A stretch of DNA of 64,000 nucleotides from Neovahlkampfia damariscottae. Lineage: Eukaryota. Every line of letters starts with the position of its first letter. Position 1 is the stretch's first letter. Both the position numbers and the translations under genes were made by a program. The notes below the pieces were generated by a model. The model saw nothing but the letters and a program-made list of their open reading frames with translations, was not told the DNA's origin and did no database searches. The DNA is taken from positions 62,001 to 126,000 of the forward strand of contig JABLTG010000011.1 in NCBI GenBank assembly GCA_016618085.1, given 5' to 3'. Of the stretch, positions 12,445-25,256 are shown one piece after another.

Positions 12445-13710
12445 ATGAAAATATTCTCTCAAACAAAACGAATAACCAACAAAAATTTGTATCTGAAACC
12501 ACATTTACCAAAATATTATACAACAGGTGCATTATCCAAAATAAAACTTCTTGAATACCAAACCAAAATATTTCCAACAAAAAAAACACTTTTTGAACTT
12601 GGACATTGTTACTTTCATGGAATTGATGTAGAAAAAGATATCAAAAAAGGATTTGATTATTTTAAACAATCTTATGAAAAAGGTGAAATTCGTTCCGTGA
12701 AAATCATCGCAAATTGTTATTTCAATGGAATTGGTGTTGAACAAGATAAAACAGAAGCATTGAAATATTTTTTGAAATTATCAGAAGATGGTGATTTTGA
12801 GTCAACATCAATTATTGGAAAATATTATTACTACGGTTGGGCTGATATTGAGGTGAATTTTGAAAAAGCATTCCATTATTTTTCACAGGCTGCTGATGAC
12901 GAGGATTTAGAATCAGTTTATCACATAGGATTAATATATATGTATGGACTTCATGGAGATGTAAATATGAAGAATGCAATGCACTATTTAGAATTTGGTG
13001 CTTCAAAAAATCATCCTGATTGTTTATATGAAATTGGCAATTGTTGCATCAATGGAATATATTATGATCAAGAAATAGAAAAAGGAATCACGTATTTTGA
13101 GAAAGCTGCAGAACAAGGACATTTAAAAGCTCAATTATATCTTGCAGATCATTACAAATCAGACGCTAAAAAGATTTACTATTTGGAATTGGCAGCAAAC
13201 CAAGGAGACATAAAATCACAATATTTAGTTGGGAGTTATCATTCTCTTAAAAAGAATTTTCAAAAAGCATTTGAATATTTCAAGTTGGCTGCTGATCAAG
13301 GTGATATTTTGTCACAATCAAATGTTGGAATTTTCAAAAGAAAAGCTATTGGATGTGAAGAAGATTTAAAAGGTTCACATGAATATTTTGAAAAAGCAGC
13401 AAATCAAGGTGATTTACCTGCTTTGTACCAAGTTGGTTGGAATCATTTTCTGGGTAGAGGTGTGGAGAAAAATTTAGACAAAGCTTTTGAATGTTTTAAA
13501 ACTACAGTTGAGAAAGGAGATGATGAAATCTACTTTTATAATATGGGTATCTGTTATTTCAAAGGATTTGGAACTGAAAAAGATTTGAACAAAGCATTTC
13601 ACTACTTTTCAAAATCTTTGGAGAAAGGAAACAAAAATTCAGAAAAATTCATGGATTTAATTTGTGAAGAAATCCAAAAATTAGGAGGTATTGAAAAATT
13701 GAATCAATAA
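12445..13710 (+). CDS. SEL1-like repeat protein, possible mitochondrial presequence
   Basis: About ten repeats of the type LGxCYxxGxGVExDxxKAxxYFxKAAxQG. Confidence 0.9.
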   Translation: MKIFSQTKRITNKNLYLKPHLPKYYTTGALSKIKLLEYQTKIFPTKKTLFELGHCYFHGIDVEKDIKKGFDYFKQSYEKGEIRSVKIIANCYFNGIGVEQDKTEALKYFLKLSEDGDFESTSIIGKYYYYGWADIEVNFEKAFHYFSQAADDEDLESVYHIGLIYMYGLHGDVNMKNAMHYLEFGASKNHPDCLYEIGNCCINGIYYDQEIEKGITYFEKAAEQGHLKAQLYLADHYKSDAKKIYYLELAANQGDIKSQYLVGSYHSLKKNFQKAFEYFKLAADQGDILSQSNVGIFKRKAIGCEEDLKGSHEYFEKAANQGDLPALYQVGWNHFLGRGVEKNLDKAFECFKTTVEKGDDEIYFYNMGICYFKGFGTEKDLNKAFHYFSKSLEKGNKNSEKFMDLICEEIQKLGGIEKLNQ

Positions 13711-13768
13711 AATTTTTGGAAAATCATTGGTCTAACAAAAATCAAATTCATTGGTTCATTGTTTTGTG

Positions 13769-16700
13769 ATGGACTTGATTGATGAACTAAAACAAAAAAA
13801 AGGAGAACCGAAAGTTGTCAATGATTTATTAGCAAAATTAGTTGGTATTGTTGATCAAGATGAAGAAGAAGCCAATGAAATTATTGAAAGTGGTGGTTTA
13901 AAAGAAATTTTTCCATTTTTAAAATTTGGTATTGGAGTTATTGAAGTAATACAAAAAAAAAATGAATTTCCATTATTAGTATCGCTGTTTAATTGTTCTA
14001 TTAAATTTCGGAAAATATGACGGAGCAGGACCTGTTATCGCTTCAGAAAATGGAATACAACAAATCATCGTAAGAATAATTCAAAAATAAACTTTAAAAA
14101 GGAATGTATTGAAAGAAATAAAAATGATGCACAAATTGGAGCTCCAAGTTCATTTTTTAATTTATTAATTGTTTTTTATTAGTTCTTGAACTTGGAATAG
14201 GAATGTGGAGAAATTATGGAAGAATGGAATCCATTCAAAAGGCTTTTTTAAAAGCAGAATTTGTTCCTTATTTACTTGAAAAATTTGAAGAAAAAATGAA
14301 TGAACCTAAACTCGTAGCTGTAACATCAATTTATTTTAATTTTTTTTGAAAAGAGTTTTGCTTCTGTTATAGCTATTTCATCGAGTGATGAAGATGTACA
14401 AGAAGAATTTGGTTCTTGTCAAGGAATAAAACCATTGGTAGTTGCAATGGAACAATACAAAGAAAATCCAAATGTATTAATCCCAGTCATTGTAATCTAT
14501 TCATTTTTATTAACAAAAAAATTTATTATAGCAAGCTTTACAAGTGAGAAAAATTATTCTTTAATTTTTTAGAAATGTAACTGAAATCATAGTTTTTTAA
14601 TCTTTTTGGAAGTGGGTTATGAAAGTGAAAATAATAATGAAAGAATGAAGAATCTTGGAATTGATGGAATTTTAAAATCATTTTCAACTCATTCAGAACC
14701 ACAAGTCAAAAAACAAATTGGAATTTTGAAACAGATTTATGATCAATTTCAAGAAGATAATGGTGATTCTGTTTTAGAAAGTACAGTTGATGAATCAATT
14801 GATAATGATTCAGATCCTTATGGTAAAAAAAATATCAAAACTTAAAAATAGAAAAAATTGTAAACCAAAGAAATGTTATTAATGAAATAGGTTGAAATGA
14901 TTAACAGTGATGATGAAGATAAAAAATACACAGCTGTTACTAAAATATTTGATTTAGCACAACACGAAAAACACAGAGTTGCTTTCAGAAAACAAAGTAA
15001 TGATTGAAATTTTAATTTAACTTTATTTAGATATTTTTGATGGTCTTATCAATTGTTTAACATCAGAATTTGGAGAAACATTAGAAGATGCAGCGGGTGC
15101 TATTTCACAATTGGCCTTAGATCATGTTAACAGTGAAATATTAGGTGTCAAAGGAGTTATTCCATTTTTAGGAAGATTATTGAACATTGAAGATGAACCA
15201 CATATTGTTAAGAACTCTTTATTTGCATTAGGTAATTTAGCATTCAAAAATGCAGATAATAGAGCTGAAATGAATTCAAAAAAAATTATTAAATCACTTG
15301 GAAAGATTATTAAAAAAGTCAAGAAGGCAAGAAAGCCTGTTTTAGATGTTTTAACATCTTTGGCTCATGATGATGAAATACGTGATAATTTATTGAAATA
15401 TGGAGTTGTTGATAGTGTTGTTGCTTTACTTGAATCAGATAAACAAGATTTGAAATTAAAAGCAGTTAGTGTTCTCTGGAATTTAAACAATAATGAAGAA
15501 ATCCGTGAATATCTCTATGAAGATGAAGAAACTTTCAATGTAATTCAAAAAAAAAAAAAAGACTAAGAAACATTTAGATCATGACTGAATTATTACCTGA
15601 AATTAATATGTCATCAATGTCAGATGAATATGCACCAATTCCAAAAGAAGAACAAAAATTAATTGAGAAAGCTAGAAAGGTATAATTGATTTGACTAAAT
15701 TCACAAATTTTTTAGAATCGTCGTAAAATGGAAAATTTGGATGCAATTGAAGAAGTCAAGAAACGAGATGAACAAAAAACATCAGTTGGATATTCAAATG
15801 CATATAATTTAACATCATTCTTTGAAGAAGAAGAAGAAGAAGAAGAAGAATACAAACCTGAAGAATCATCTGATGAAGAACCAGAAGAAGCAGTTGAAAT
15901 AGAATCAGATGAAGAACCAGAAGAAGCAATTGAAGTTGAAGAATCACAACTTCAAAATGAATTAAATGAAGCAAATGAAGAACAAATTGAAGAAGTTTCT
16001 AAAAGAGACAGAAGAACAAGACAATCTGAATTGAGAAAAACAAAAGTTATGGCAAAAATTGAAAAGAAAAAATTGAAAATGGAAGAAAAAAAACAAGAAA
16101 AATTAACAGAAATTAAAAAAGAAAAAGAAGAACAAGAAAAAGAAGATGCTAAAAAAAAGAAAAAACAAGAAAAAATCAGATTTATTGTTAATGAATTGAG
16201 ATCAACTGAGAAATCATATGTTGAATCTTTATCAAAAATTCGTAAGTTATATATGGATCCATTAGTTACTACACATGCTGGAATCATTACTACTGATCAA
16301 TTCAAGAAAATTTTTGGTGATGTAAGTTTGATTTACAGAATCAATAGTTCCTTTTTAAAAAAAGTTGAAGCCATGATTGATTCAGAAGAATTTTGGAAAA
16401 ATGTTGCATTGAATGTTGGTAATTTATTCTTGGAATTTGCTTCTACTTTCAAAATGTATCAAACGTACATTAATGTAAGAAATATTTCATTTTTACAACA
16501 TTAGAATTATGATGACCAAACAGATCAGGTGCATCGTTTAATGGCAAAGAATAAAAAATTTAGTGAATTTTTACAAAATGCTGCATTGACATTGGAAAAT
16601 TTGAAGTTCAGACAAAAGGATTTAGATTCATTACTCATCGGTTTGAATATTAAAGATTTAATTGTTTTTAGTTCCAATTCAAAGATTACCTAGATATAAA

Positions 16701-17267
16701 TTATTGACTGAAGATTTATTAAAAAATGTTGAACCTGAATCAACCGGTCATATTGTTTTACAAGGAGCTATTGAACAAATTCAAATGGTTACAATGGCAT
16801 GTAATGAAAAGAAAAGAGAAATTGAAAGTGATAATGCAGTTAAACAACTAGCTGATGATTTAAAATGGCCAGATCTTTTCATTCCAGATAGAACTATGGA
16901 AAAAGAATTAAGATCATTTTCATTTGTTACTTATGAAAGAGATAAACCAACAACAACAAAATCAAAAAAAAACAAATGTTTATTTTACATTTTAACTGAT
17001 TTGGTAATCATTGTCAAAGGAAAGAAGGCAAGTGGAAAAAATGCAAATTTATTTTCGCTTCATAAGACTGCTAAACCTTTACAAAAGGCTGCTGATCAAG
17101 ATAAAGAAGGAAAATGTTTCACAATGGTGAATCAAAATAATATCGTTTTTGAAGTTGAATGTGATACTAAATCATTGAGAGATGAAACAATGAAATTGAT
17201 CATCCATTTGATTCAAAAAATTGAAACTGAAAAGATTACAAAAAGATTATCAATGAGAAAAAAATAA
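13769..17267 (+). CDS. Armadillo-repeat RhoGEF (ARM repeats, acidic/coiled coil, DH, PH)
   Basis: ARM motifs (ALGNLA, VLWNL); DH motifs IVNELRSTEKSYVESL and LxxPIQRLPRYKLL; C-terminal PH. About 13 tiny introns reconstructable in frame. Confidence 0.85.
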
Positions 17268-17307
17268 ATTTAACTTTTTTTATGCAACATATTCCATAGA
17301 AAGAAAA

Positions 17308-19077
17308 CTAATCAAAAAAAGATTTTCCAATGAATTCTCTGATCAAAGAAGTGTTTGGAATGTATTCATCTGATAATGAGTAAAAATGATGAAAGAAATC
17401 CAATAATTCTCTGACATGATTATAATGACTTGATTCTGGATGAATTGCTGACAATAAAGGCATTAGATAAACCTTCATCACATTAAATTCATAATCTAAA
17501 GTTGAATTAAAAACAAAATCAGCTTCATCCCTTTTCCAAAATGCATAAGAAAAATCAATAAAATATTACATGAAAGGGAAGATGTACTTGTGTTCTGATT
17601 TTCTAATAGATGGCCATCTTTTTAAAGTAGATATTGGAGTATGACCTCTAGTTTTAGAGTCCCTCAACATTCTTCTCAATAATCTATTTACAGAGTTCCA
17701 AACACTAACATTTTCATCAATATTTAATTGACTAAAAGGAGCAATGAAAATTTTGAATTTGTTTTCTTTTTCGATAGATATGGTTAACTTATCATTTAAA
17801 CAATGAATTCCTTCCATTACTAAAATTGAATCTTTTTTTAATTGAATAGTTTGTGTTTCTTTTTTTGGTTTTCCAGCAAGAAAATCAAAGATAGGAGATT
17901 CAATTGATTTTCCTTCAAACAAATCTTGAAGGTGTTGATTCAATAAATCTACACGAAGAGCTTCAATTCTTTCAAAATCTTTGTTTCCTTTTTCATCAAC
18001 TGGGCATTCATCTGTTGGTCTAAAAAAAAATTAAAATTTGAAATTATGTTTGTACTTGTAATAGTCATCAACTGATAAAACTATAGTATTCAAACCCATA
18101 GTCAATAATTGCAAACATAATTTTTTTGCAAATGTTGTCTTATTACTTGCAGTAGGACCAGCAATAACAATCAATCTTCTATTTGGATTTTTTTGAAACT
18201 TTTCAATAATTGCATCAGAAATTTGATTGATTTTCTGATAATGTCTTGTTTCACACAATGCAATATATTTTTTAATTTCACTTCCATTGTTTTCAGAAAT
18301 AGCCTTGTTCAATTGACCAACACATTTCATATTAATTTTCACACCCCAATCAATCGAATCTCGATACACAGGAATCAAAGAATTGTTGAAATAATCCATC
18401 TTAATATAATTTGATCTGGTTGATAACTTCAAAAGCATTCCATTTTCATTTGGAACCAAACCAAAATCATCATCAATTTGTCCTGTTCTTGCTACCAAAG
18501 GATAATGATATAAAGTGAAAAATGAATCATCACAACAATTAATAAATACATCTGGGTTATTCAATGATTGAATTAATTCTAAACTAAACTTCTTTTGATA
18601 CTTTTCAAAATAATCAACAGCCTCTTGATATGAAAGTAACTTTTTATGAATACACAAATTTTCATGAACTAAATCTTTCATTCTTTGCAAAATTTTTGGA
18701 ATAATTTTTTCTTTTTCTTTTTCTTTTTCAAATAACTTCAAAGTACATTGGTATCCGTTGTTCAATTGATGTTCTACAATCAAGTTGTAATTGATGTTTC
18801 TTAGTTCTAAGAAAGTAGCATAACTCAATAGAAAACAAAGTGAGCTTTGATAGACATTTAAACCTTCATAAGATTTCATTAAAACTGGTTCCATAGTACA
18901 TTTTGAGTACGGTATTGTTGAGTTTAAAGAAGCTAATCGACCATTTATTTTGACAGCAAGTAAATCTGTTTGATTTTTGAATTCTTCTTCTTTTATAATC
19001 TCCAAAATAGAAGTATTTCTTGGATACTCTTTTATTGTTGAGTTTGGAAATTTCACTTGTAAGTTTTTTGAATCCAT
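17308..19077 (-). CDS. Bacterial-type uridine kinase with TGS/ThrRS-like N-terminal region
   Basis: IAGPTASNKTT P-loop, SVDDYY, EGIHCLN, RLLRRMLRD, FNSTLDYE and REFIG. Two introns. Confidence 0.85.
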
Positions 19078-19235
19078 GTTGTCTTGAAGAACTGACCAAT
19101 CAATAAAATTCAACAGTTATTCTAAACAAAAAAAAATCACAAACCAACAGTTATTTTTATCCATTTCCATTAACAATTAACATTATTTCAACAACTCTAT
19201 TTCTGACAGTATCATTGGTCAAAGATATATTGGAG

Positions 19236-20246
19236 ATGAGCAAACAAAAAAAACGAACCTTCGATTTAATTTGTGAACTTTTAATTTATCTTATAATTTT
19301 ATTCTTTTTTTCAACGATACCAGTCTCAGTAGCACTATTCCTTTCAAGTTGGTTCTATCCAGCTCAACGTTATGAACTACAGATTACAAGTGGTTTAATT
19401 TTTGGTCCATTTTCATTATTGTCAATGATTTTATCTTTCATGTTAGTTTATAACGAGAAAGCGCATTTAGAAAAACTAAAACGAAAAAAAAAAAAATTTG
19501 GAACTTTTTCCGTCATGACTTACAATGTCAATTTTGAAATTTGTAACTCTACTGGACATATACTTGACTTAAACTCAAGAACCAAAAAGATGATTGAATA
19601 CCTTAACAATTCAATTTGCGACATAATTTTCTTTCAAGAAACTCATGAAGGTTTTGAAGCACTTTTTAATGAATATTTAAAAGAAAATTATCCATATCAA
19701 TATTATCAAAGAGATAATAATTGGGTAGCAGGTGGAATGGCTATTATATCAAAATTTGAATTAAAAGTCAAATCAATAAAATATGCACATGAAAAATCAT
19801 ATTTTACAGGAATGTTATGCGAGTATAATGATGTTGAATTCTTAAATGTTCATTTAACACCTCCATTAAGATTAGGTAAAAATGCACATTTTGCGATGGA
19901 AAATTTCAAATTAGTTTATGTTGAAGCACCAAAGAGTCATCGAAAAGAAATTGAATTTTTTTTAGATTTTTTTACCAAAGAAAAAAGAATCATTTTAGGT
20001 GATTTTAATGATTCTGGATTATCAAAATGGATGAAAAAAAGAAAATTTAAAGATTCATTGGTGGAATCTGATGAAAAAATCACTTGGTATTGGCCATTGA
20101 AATTAGGTTTGAGTTTATTTAGTTCGTACGATCATATTTATTATTCAAATCATTTTTTTTGTGAATATTGTAAAGTAGAAACTGATTTAAAAAATGTATC
20201 TGATCATTTACCTGTTGTATCAAAATTGAATTACCTCCATCAATAA
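19236..20246 (+). CDS. Membrane-anchored endonuclease/exonuclease/phosphatase (EEP) family protein
   Basis: Two N-terminal TM segments; MTYNV, FQET, NVHL, LGDFN, YDHI and SDHLPV motifs. Confidence 0.85.
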   Translation: MSKQKKRTFDLICELLIYLIILFFFSTIPVSVALFLSSWFYPAQRYELQITSGLIFGPFSLLSMILSFMLVYNEKAHLEKLKRKKKKFGTFSVMTYNVNFEICNSTGHILDLNSRTKKMIEYLNNSICDIIFFQETHEGFEALFNEYLKENYPYQYYQRDNNWVAGGMAIISKFELKVKSIKYAHEKSYFTGMLCEYNDVEFLNVHLTPPLRLGKNAHFAMENFKLVYVEAPKSHRKEIEFFLDFFTKEKRIILGDFNDSGLSKWMKKRKFKDSLVESDEKITWYWPLKLGLSLFSSYDHIYYSNHFFCEYCKVETDLKNVSDHLPVVSKLNYLHQ

Positions 20247-20251
20247 AAAAT

Positions 20252-21562
20252 TTATTTTGTTTTTGTCAAAACGAATAAACTGAAGAATACTATAGAGATA
20301 GTATTTGTGAGCAAAGAAATAGCAATGAAATATTGAAAGGTTGAAAAAAATGCATCATAATTCATACCTATAATAAGACACATTATTCCATTTCCCACTA
20401 GAAGATCCATATCAAATACAATTTCATCAATAGAATGAAAGATGAATGTATCAATCAATTCTGAAATTAAAAATAAAGAAATGGATAAAATCATTGTAAT
20501 TCCATTTTCTTTATCAATTTCACCATCAAAATAATTCATTTGTAAAATTAAAAGGCATCCAATAGCCAATGAAATGTATTGAATAAATTTGAATATAATT
20601 GATTGGATATTCAATTGAGTTATTTTTGGATATTTTTTTAAAATTTGAAGTGGTGTCGCTACTATCATATATAAAACTAATCCAATGTAATGCACGTTAA
20701 AAGTGATCAATAAAACAAGAAAAACTTCATAAACTTTGACCACTGAAATATTTTCGAGTAAATGAGAAATATGAAATAAAATATTCTTTTGATCAAATTC
20801 TTCCTATTTGAAAATTAAAAATATTAATCAAACCAAGTTTTCTAATTTTTTTTTTGATTTTTTTTCTTCAGTTTTTTCTTTTTTTGGAAATAATAATTCT
20901 GCTGAATTTTTGAAAAAAACTATTGCACCAATAGTACACACGAATAATAATATAACTTCTACATCTTTTCCAGGTGCTAATTGAGGATCATAATTTCTAA
21001 TTTTTAATTTTGTTTTTTCAAACCTTAAAAAACTAATTTTTGGATAATATTTGAGAGCACCCCAAATTAAAATTGTCACTGTAACTTTAATACATTCATT
21101 TAATATTGGTGTTGGATTCTTATTATTCAATGAAAAAAGACTTTGTAAACCAATAATACAAGGAATAACGCAAAATTGAATACAAACAGCTAATGAATCA
21201 ACAAAAGGGTCCATATGATCAAATTTATGAAATGGTTCATTATCAGTATTGATCAAAAAATAACGACAATAAATTTGAAATTGGTAAATCATATAACAAG
21301 GAACAATTACTCCTAAAAATTTCATAATGTGAAAAAAAAATAAAAGTCCTTGTTTCATTAGTTTCAATTGTTTTATTTTACCTTTGTGCTTTGCTTGTAA
21401 AATAAATTCACCAAAATTTTGTTCCAAAAAGTTGAAAATTAAATTTCTTAATCCAAAAAAGACTGTTATAGGTATCAATGTCTCTGGAAATAATGTTGGT
21501 ATCAACAGTATAATCATTTGGTTGATGATAAAAACTGAAAGTGATGTTGATTTTGTTGGCAT
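20252..21562 (-). CDS. Multi-pass membrane protein, unknown function
   Basis: Two hydrophobic ORFs joined in frame by a ~30-nt intron near 20805-20833. Confidence 0.6.
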
Positions 21563-21628
21563 TTTGTATTGGAGGAAAATTATTCTTTATGATTGGTGGG
21601 TTTTCAAAGAAAAAACGTTGAAAGTGAA

Positions 21629-22832
21629 ATGTCCTCCTATTTTGAAAGTTTGAAACCACACCTTGAAGAAGCAAAGAAATATATTTCAGAATCTACTGTT
21701 GCTAAGGTTTCACTTGGTAGTTTGGCCTCTGTTAGTTCTCTTTATGTTTACACAAACTACATTCATCCTTGGATAAATACAACACCACAAGGATTTAACT
21801 CAAAATCAACAGCTGATGATGTAGTTAAAGAATTAGATTTATCTGGAAAAGTTTTTATCATCACAGGTTCAAATACAGGTATTGGTAAAGAAACTGCAAT
21901 TGTATTAGCTTCAAAAGGAGCTCACGTTATTTTATCAGGAAGAGATGAAGAAAAATTAAAGAAGACCAAAAATGAAATTTTGAAAAAATACAAAGATGCA
22001 ATAATTGATTTCATTCCTGTTGATTTAGGTGACAAAGAAAGTGTAAAAAAATTTGTTGAAATTTTTAAAGCTTTAAAAATCGACTTGCACTATTTAATTC
22101 TGAATGCTGGTTTGATATCATCTACTAATGTTGTTTAGGTATATTATTTCCAATGGATAAAATTGTTAAAACAAAAGATGGATTTGAATCACACTTTGGA
22201 GTTAATCATCTTGGCCATTATCGTTTAACTATGCAATTATTGCCTTTTATGAAAAGTACAAAAGGAGAACGAAGAATTGTTGTTTTATCATCTGATTTGT
22301 ATTCATTTGTCAAAGAATTTAGATTTGATGATTACGAAATGATCAAAGAAAAAGTAACGAACAATAATTCGATTACTAATCATTTTTAGAGTTACAGTGG
22401 AATGATACCAAGATATTCACAAAGTAAATTAGCTAATGTGCTATTTGCGGTGAAATTAAACAAAAAATTAAAAAATGATGAAATTAACATTCAAGTAAAT
22501 GCTTGTCATCCAGGTATCATTCGAACAGAGTTTGTCAAATTTTTACTGTAACATATTTTAATAGGATAGGTAGATCAAATTCAACTGGTTTTTTTGATTC
22601 ATTGTTTTCAAAAATGATTGAAGAACCTTTGCGTTTTTTTATGGGAAGATCAATACATCAAGGTGCCGCTACTACTGTATACACAGCTGTACATCCTTCA
22701 ATGAAAGAAAAAGGAGGTTTCTATTTGGAAAACTGTCAAATAAAGCCTTTCACTTCGGCTGTGACAGATGAAGCGGCTGACAAACTTTGGAAATTATCTG
22801 AAGAATTAACAGGAGAAAAATATCCATTTTAA
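21629..22832 (+). CDS. Short-chain dehydrogenase/reductase (retinol dehydrogenase/WWOX-like)
   Basis: TGSNTGIG, LILNAG, FGVNHLGH, YSQSKLAN and HPG motifs. Three small introns. Confidence 0.92.
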
Positions 22833-22951
22833 AATTGATCATTAAATTTTCTTCCAAAAATTGAACTTCTTATCAATACATGCTTCATTAAAGTCATCCA
22901 AATTCTGAGTGTGGTTTTGACGCTCATTTGTCTTAACCAATCAGATTGAAA

Positions 22952-23248
22952 ATGGGGTTTCATGATGTGTGTTCACATTGTTTTTTCTGTCAACAAAAAG
23001 ACTTTTTACCAATAAAATCTGAACATTGCAAACAAAATTTTTGTTCAAATCATAAATATCCTGAAGAACATTTTTGTTCTAAATTTAAAAAAGAGATTGA
23101 AAAACAAAAGAATCAATTGAAAATGAAATTATGTTCAATATGTCATGAATATTCTATTATTCAATGTAAATTTTGTCAATTTTCATTTTGTTCGTCACAT
23201 CACATATTTTTAGTACAAATGTTTGTTTTACATCTCCTTCGTCTTTGA
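22952..23248 (+). CDS. AN1-type zinc finger protein (ZFAND1/2-like), C-terminally truncated
   Basis: C..C.QKDFLPIK...CKQNFCSNHKYPEEHFC, then a second, incomplete finger. Confidence 0.65.
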   Translation: MGFHDVCSHCFFCQQKDFLPIKSEHCKQNFCSNHKYPEEHFCSKFKKEIEKQKNQLKMKLCSICHEYSIIQCKFCQFSFCSSHHIFLVQMFVLHLLRL

Positions 23249-23345
23249 TAAAAGTAACAACATCATTTTTCAAGATATTAAGTTCTTCTTTACTTTCACC
23301 ACTAAAATCTGCAACGATTAGAGCTAGCTGTTTTACTTCACTCAT
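23230..23345 (-). pseudogene. N-terminal fragment of an SH3-domain gene
   Basis: ALIVADFSGESKEELNILKNDVVTFI matches the start of SH3. It is followed by a GT donor with no recognisable continuation. Confidence 0.55.
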
Positions 23346-23691
23346 TTGGGTGCAGTTTGGTTATTGAAATATGATTGGCTAAACCAAACTATCACTTTTA
23401 AGGAGATTCTTTTTTTTTTTGTTTTATTTATGAAATTTAAAATCTAAGAATCAAAAAAATAACGGAATTATTTTTCAACCAATTAGAAAATTGTGTTTGA
23501 CCATTGATGCACTTATGGTGGTGACATGTTCAAAGAAACAGCATATATTCACTATTAGTGTCCAAGAGTGTTAATGTATCAATATTGTGGCATAAATGTA
23601 TTTATTGAAAAGAATATTAAATGAAATATTGAAACAAAATGATGATATGTAATATTATCTTGTTTGCACATTAAAGGTTTAAATAACATCC

Positions 23692-24481
23692 TTATTGAAT
23701 TGAACACTTTTTTTTTTCTTCTTCATCATGCCTAAGTAAAATGATAGTTGAAATATATTGTTCATTTTTTTGTATTTCTTCATTCATTTTATTCTTAAAT
23801 ACTAATTTAATTTTTAACCATTCAGTTGTATAAAAAATGTATTCTTCAATATCATCTTTTTTTGATTCTAATTTTTTTGGTAAATATATCGATAAATCAT
23901 TATTTTTTAATTCTTCTTTTGTCATACCAAATTTTTGATATTTCATCATTTCTTCATTCTCAATTAATTCACCAATATTTTTATTAATACTACATCCCAA
24001 TTTACCTTTTTATATTTTAGACCATATTTGATTTACAATTCTCTATTATTGATTTTTCATTTGTATTCCAATTCATTTTAATTTTATTCAAAATATTTTT
24101 AAAATTAAATTCTATTTTATTTTCTTTTAAATCAAATAAACCAATATCTTTTTCTTCTTTCATAATAGTTTTAAATAAATATAATTGTTTATTAATAATA
24201 AAATATTTTAAATATCTAAATTCTTTGTTTAATTCTTTTGTAATTAAATGATTAAGTTGATCATTAAAATATTTTTCAATTGAATAATCTTTCCATTTTT
24301 TCTTTTTTATTTTTTCTAGTGTGACATTGAATATTAAATCACACCTATTCTTCCAAATGAATTCATCATATTCTTCACTTAAATTATAAATTAATGAACA
24401 AGTAGAAATTAAATTGATTAAACTTGATGTTTCTGAAAATTCAAAAATAATTAACAACAACTCACAAGGAAGTGTTTTCAT
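23692..24481 (-). CDS. F-box protein with PAS-like C-terminal region
   Basis: LPCELLLIIFEF...IWK F-box. A 31-nt intron near 24006-24036 joins it to FGMTKEELKNNDLSIYLP. Confidence 0.55.
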
Positions 24482-24553
24482 TTCTTTTTTTTATTGGTTC
24501 AAAAATAAAAACAAAAAAATACACATTGAAAAAGGAAATATATCAAACAAACA

Positions 24554-24967
24554 GTGTTCAAAAATACATACAAGACAAGTTTTGGTGAAAAAAATTTATT
24601 TCCTAAAGACAGAAGTCATTTAAAAATATTATTTCCAATTGAACTGAAGATACAACCAAGTTATTGGTATTTTAGAAAAACGAGAAAAATAGGAAAGAAT
24701 ATTGATATTTTGAAAACAGAAGAGAAATTGAAATTATTTAGAAATTATAATTTATATCATTTTTTTGATGGTGTTTATCTGGATTCAAGTGATACTCTGG
24801 ATGATTTAATTCAAAAACATATTTTGATGAATGGTGATCATTTGATAATAGAAGAAGGAGATAAATACAAAAGTTTGAATTCTGAAGTAGGTTTAGAATC
24901 TACAAAATTGTTATTTTATTCAAAATGTCATGCAGATGAGATTTTTAAAGAAAAAAGGAAATTATGA
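24554..24967 (+). pseudogene. ORF fragment, possibly ubiquitin-like, with no clear ATG
   Basis: FFDGVYLDSSDTLDDL...GDHLII resembles the end of a beta-grasp domain. Confidence 0.25.
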
Positions 24968-25256
24968 TTTCTTTGAAATATTTAGGCAACTATGAATTCA
25001 AAGGGTTGATAAATCTATAAATCCAGTTACTAAAGAGTAAATTAACGAAAAAAAAAAATGTGAATTAAATTGTTCATTTTTTTATGGAAGTTATAAATTG
25101 GATACACATTCTGTTTCAAATTTCTGTTTGAACAACATAAAAATATAACAACTTTTCTTTTCCCTTCCAAACCATGATTTGGAACTAAAAGACGATCTGA
25201 TTGGAGAGTCAACCTTTAAGAAATAATTCCTATTGGTTGTTTTACACCAAACAAAC

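Noticed and set aside
15820..15950. GAA triplet runs and a 33-nt duplication
   Set aside because: Ordinary coding low-complexity sequence (poly-Glu, SDEEPEEA x2).
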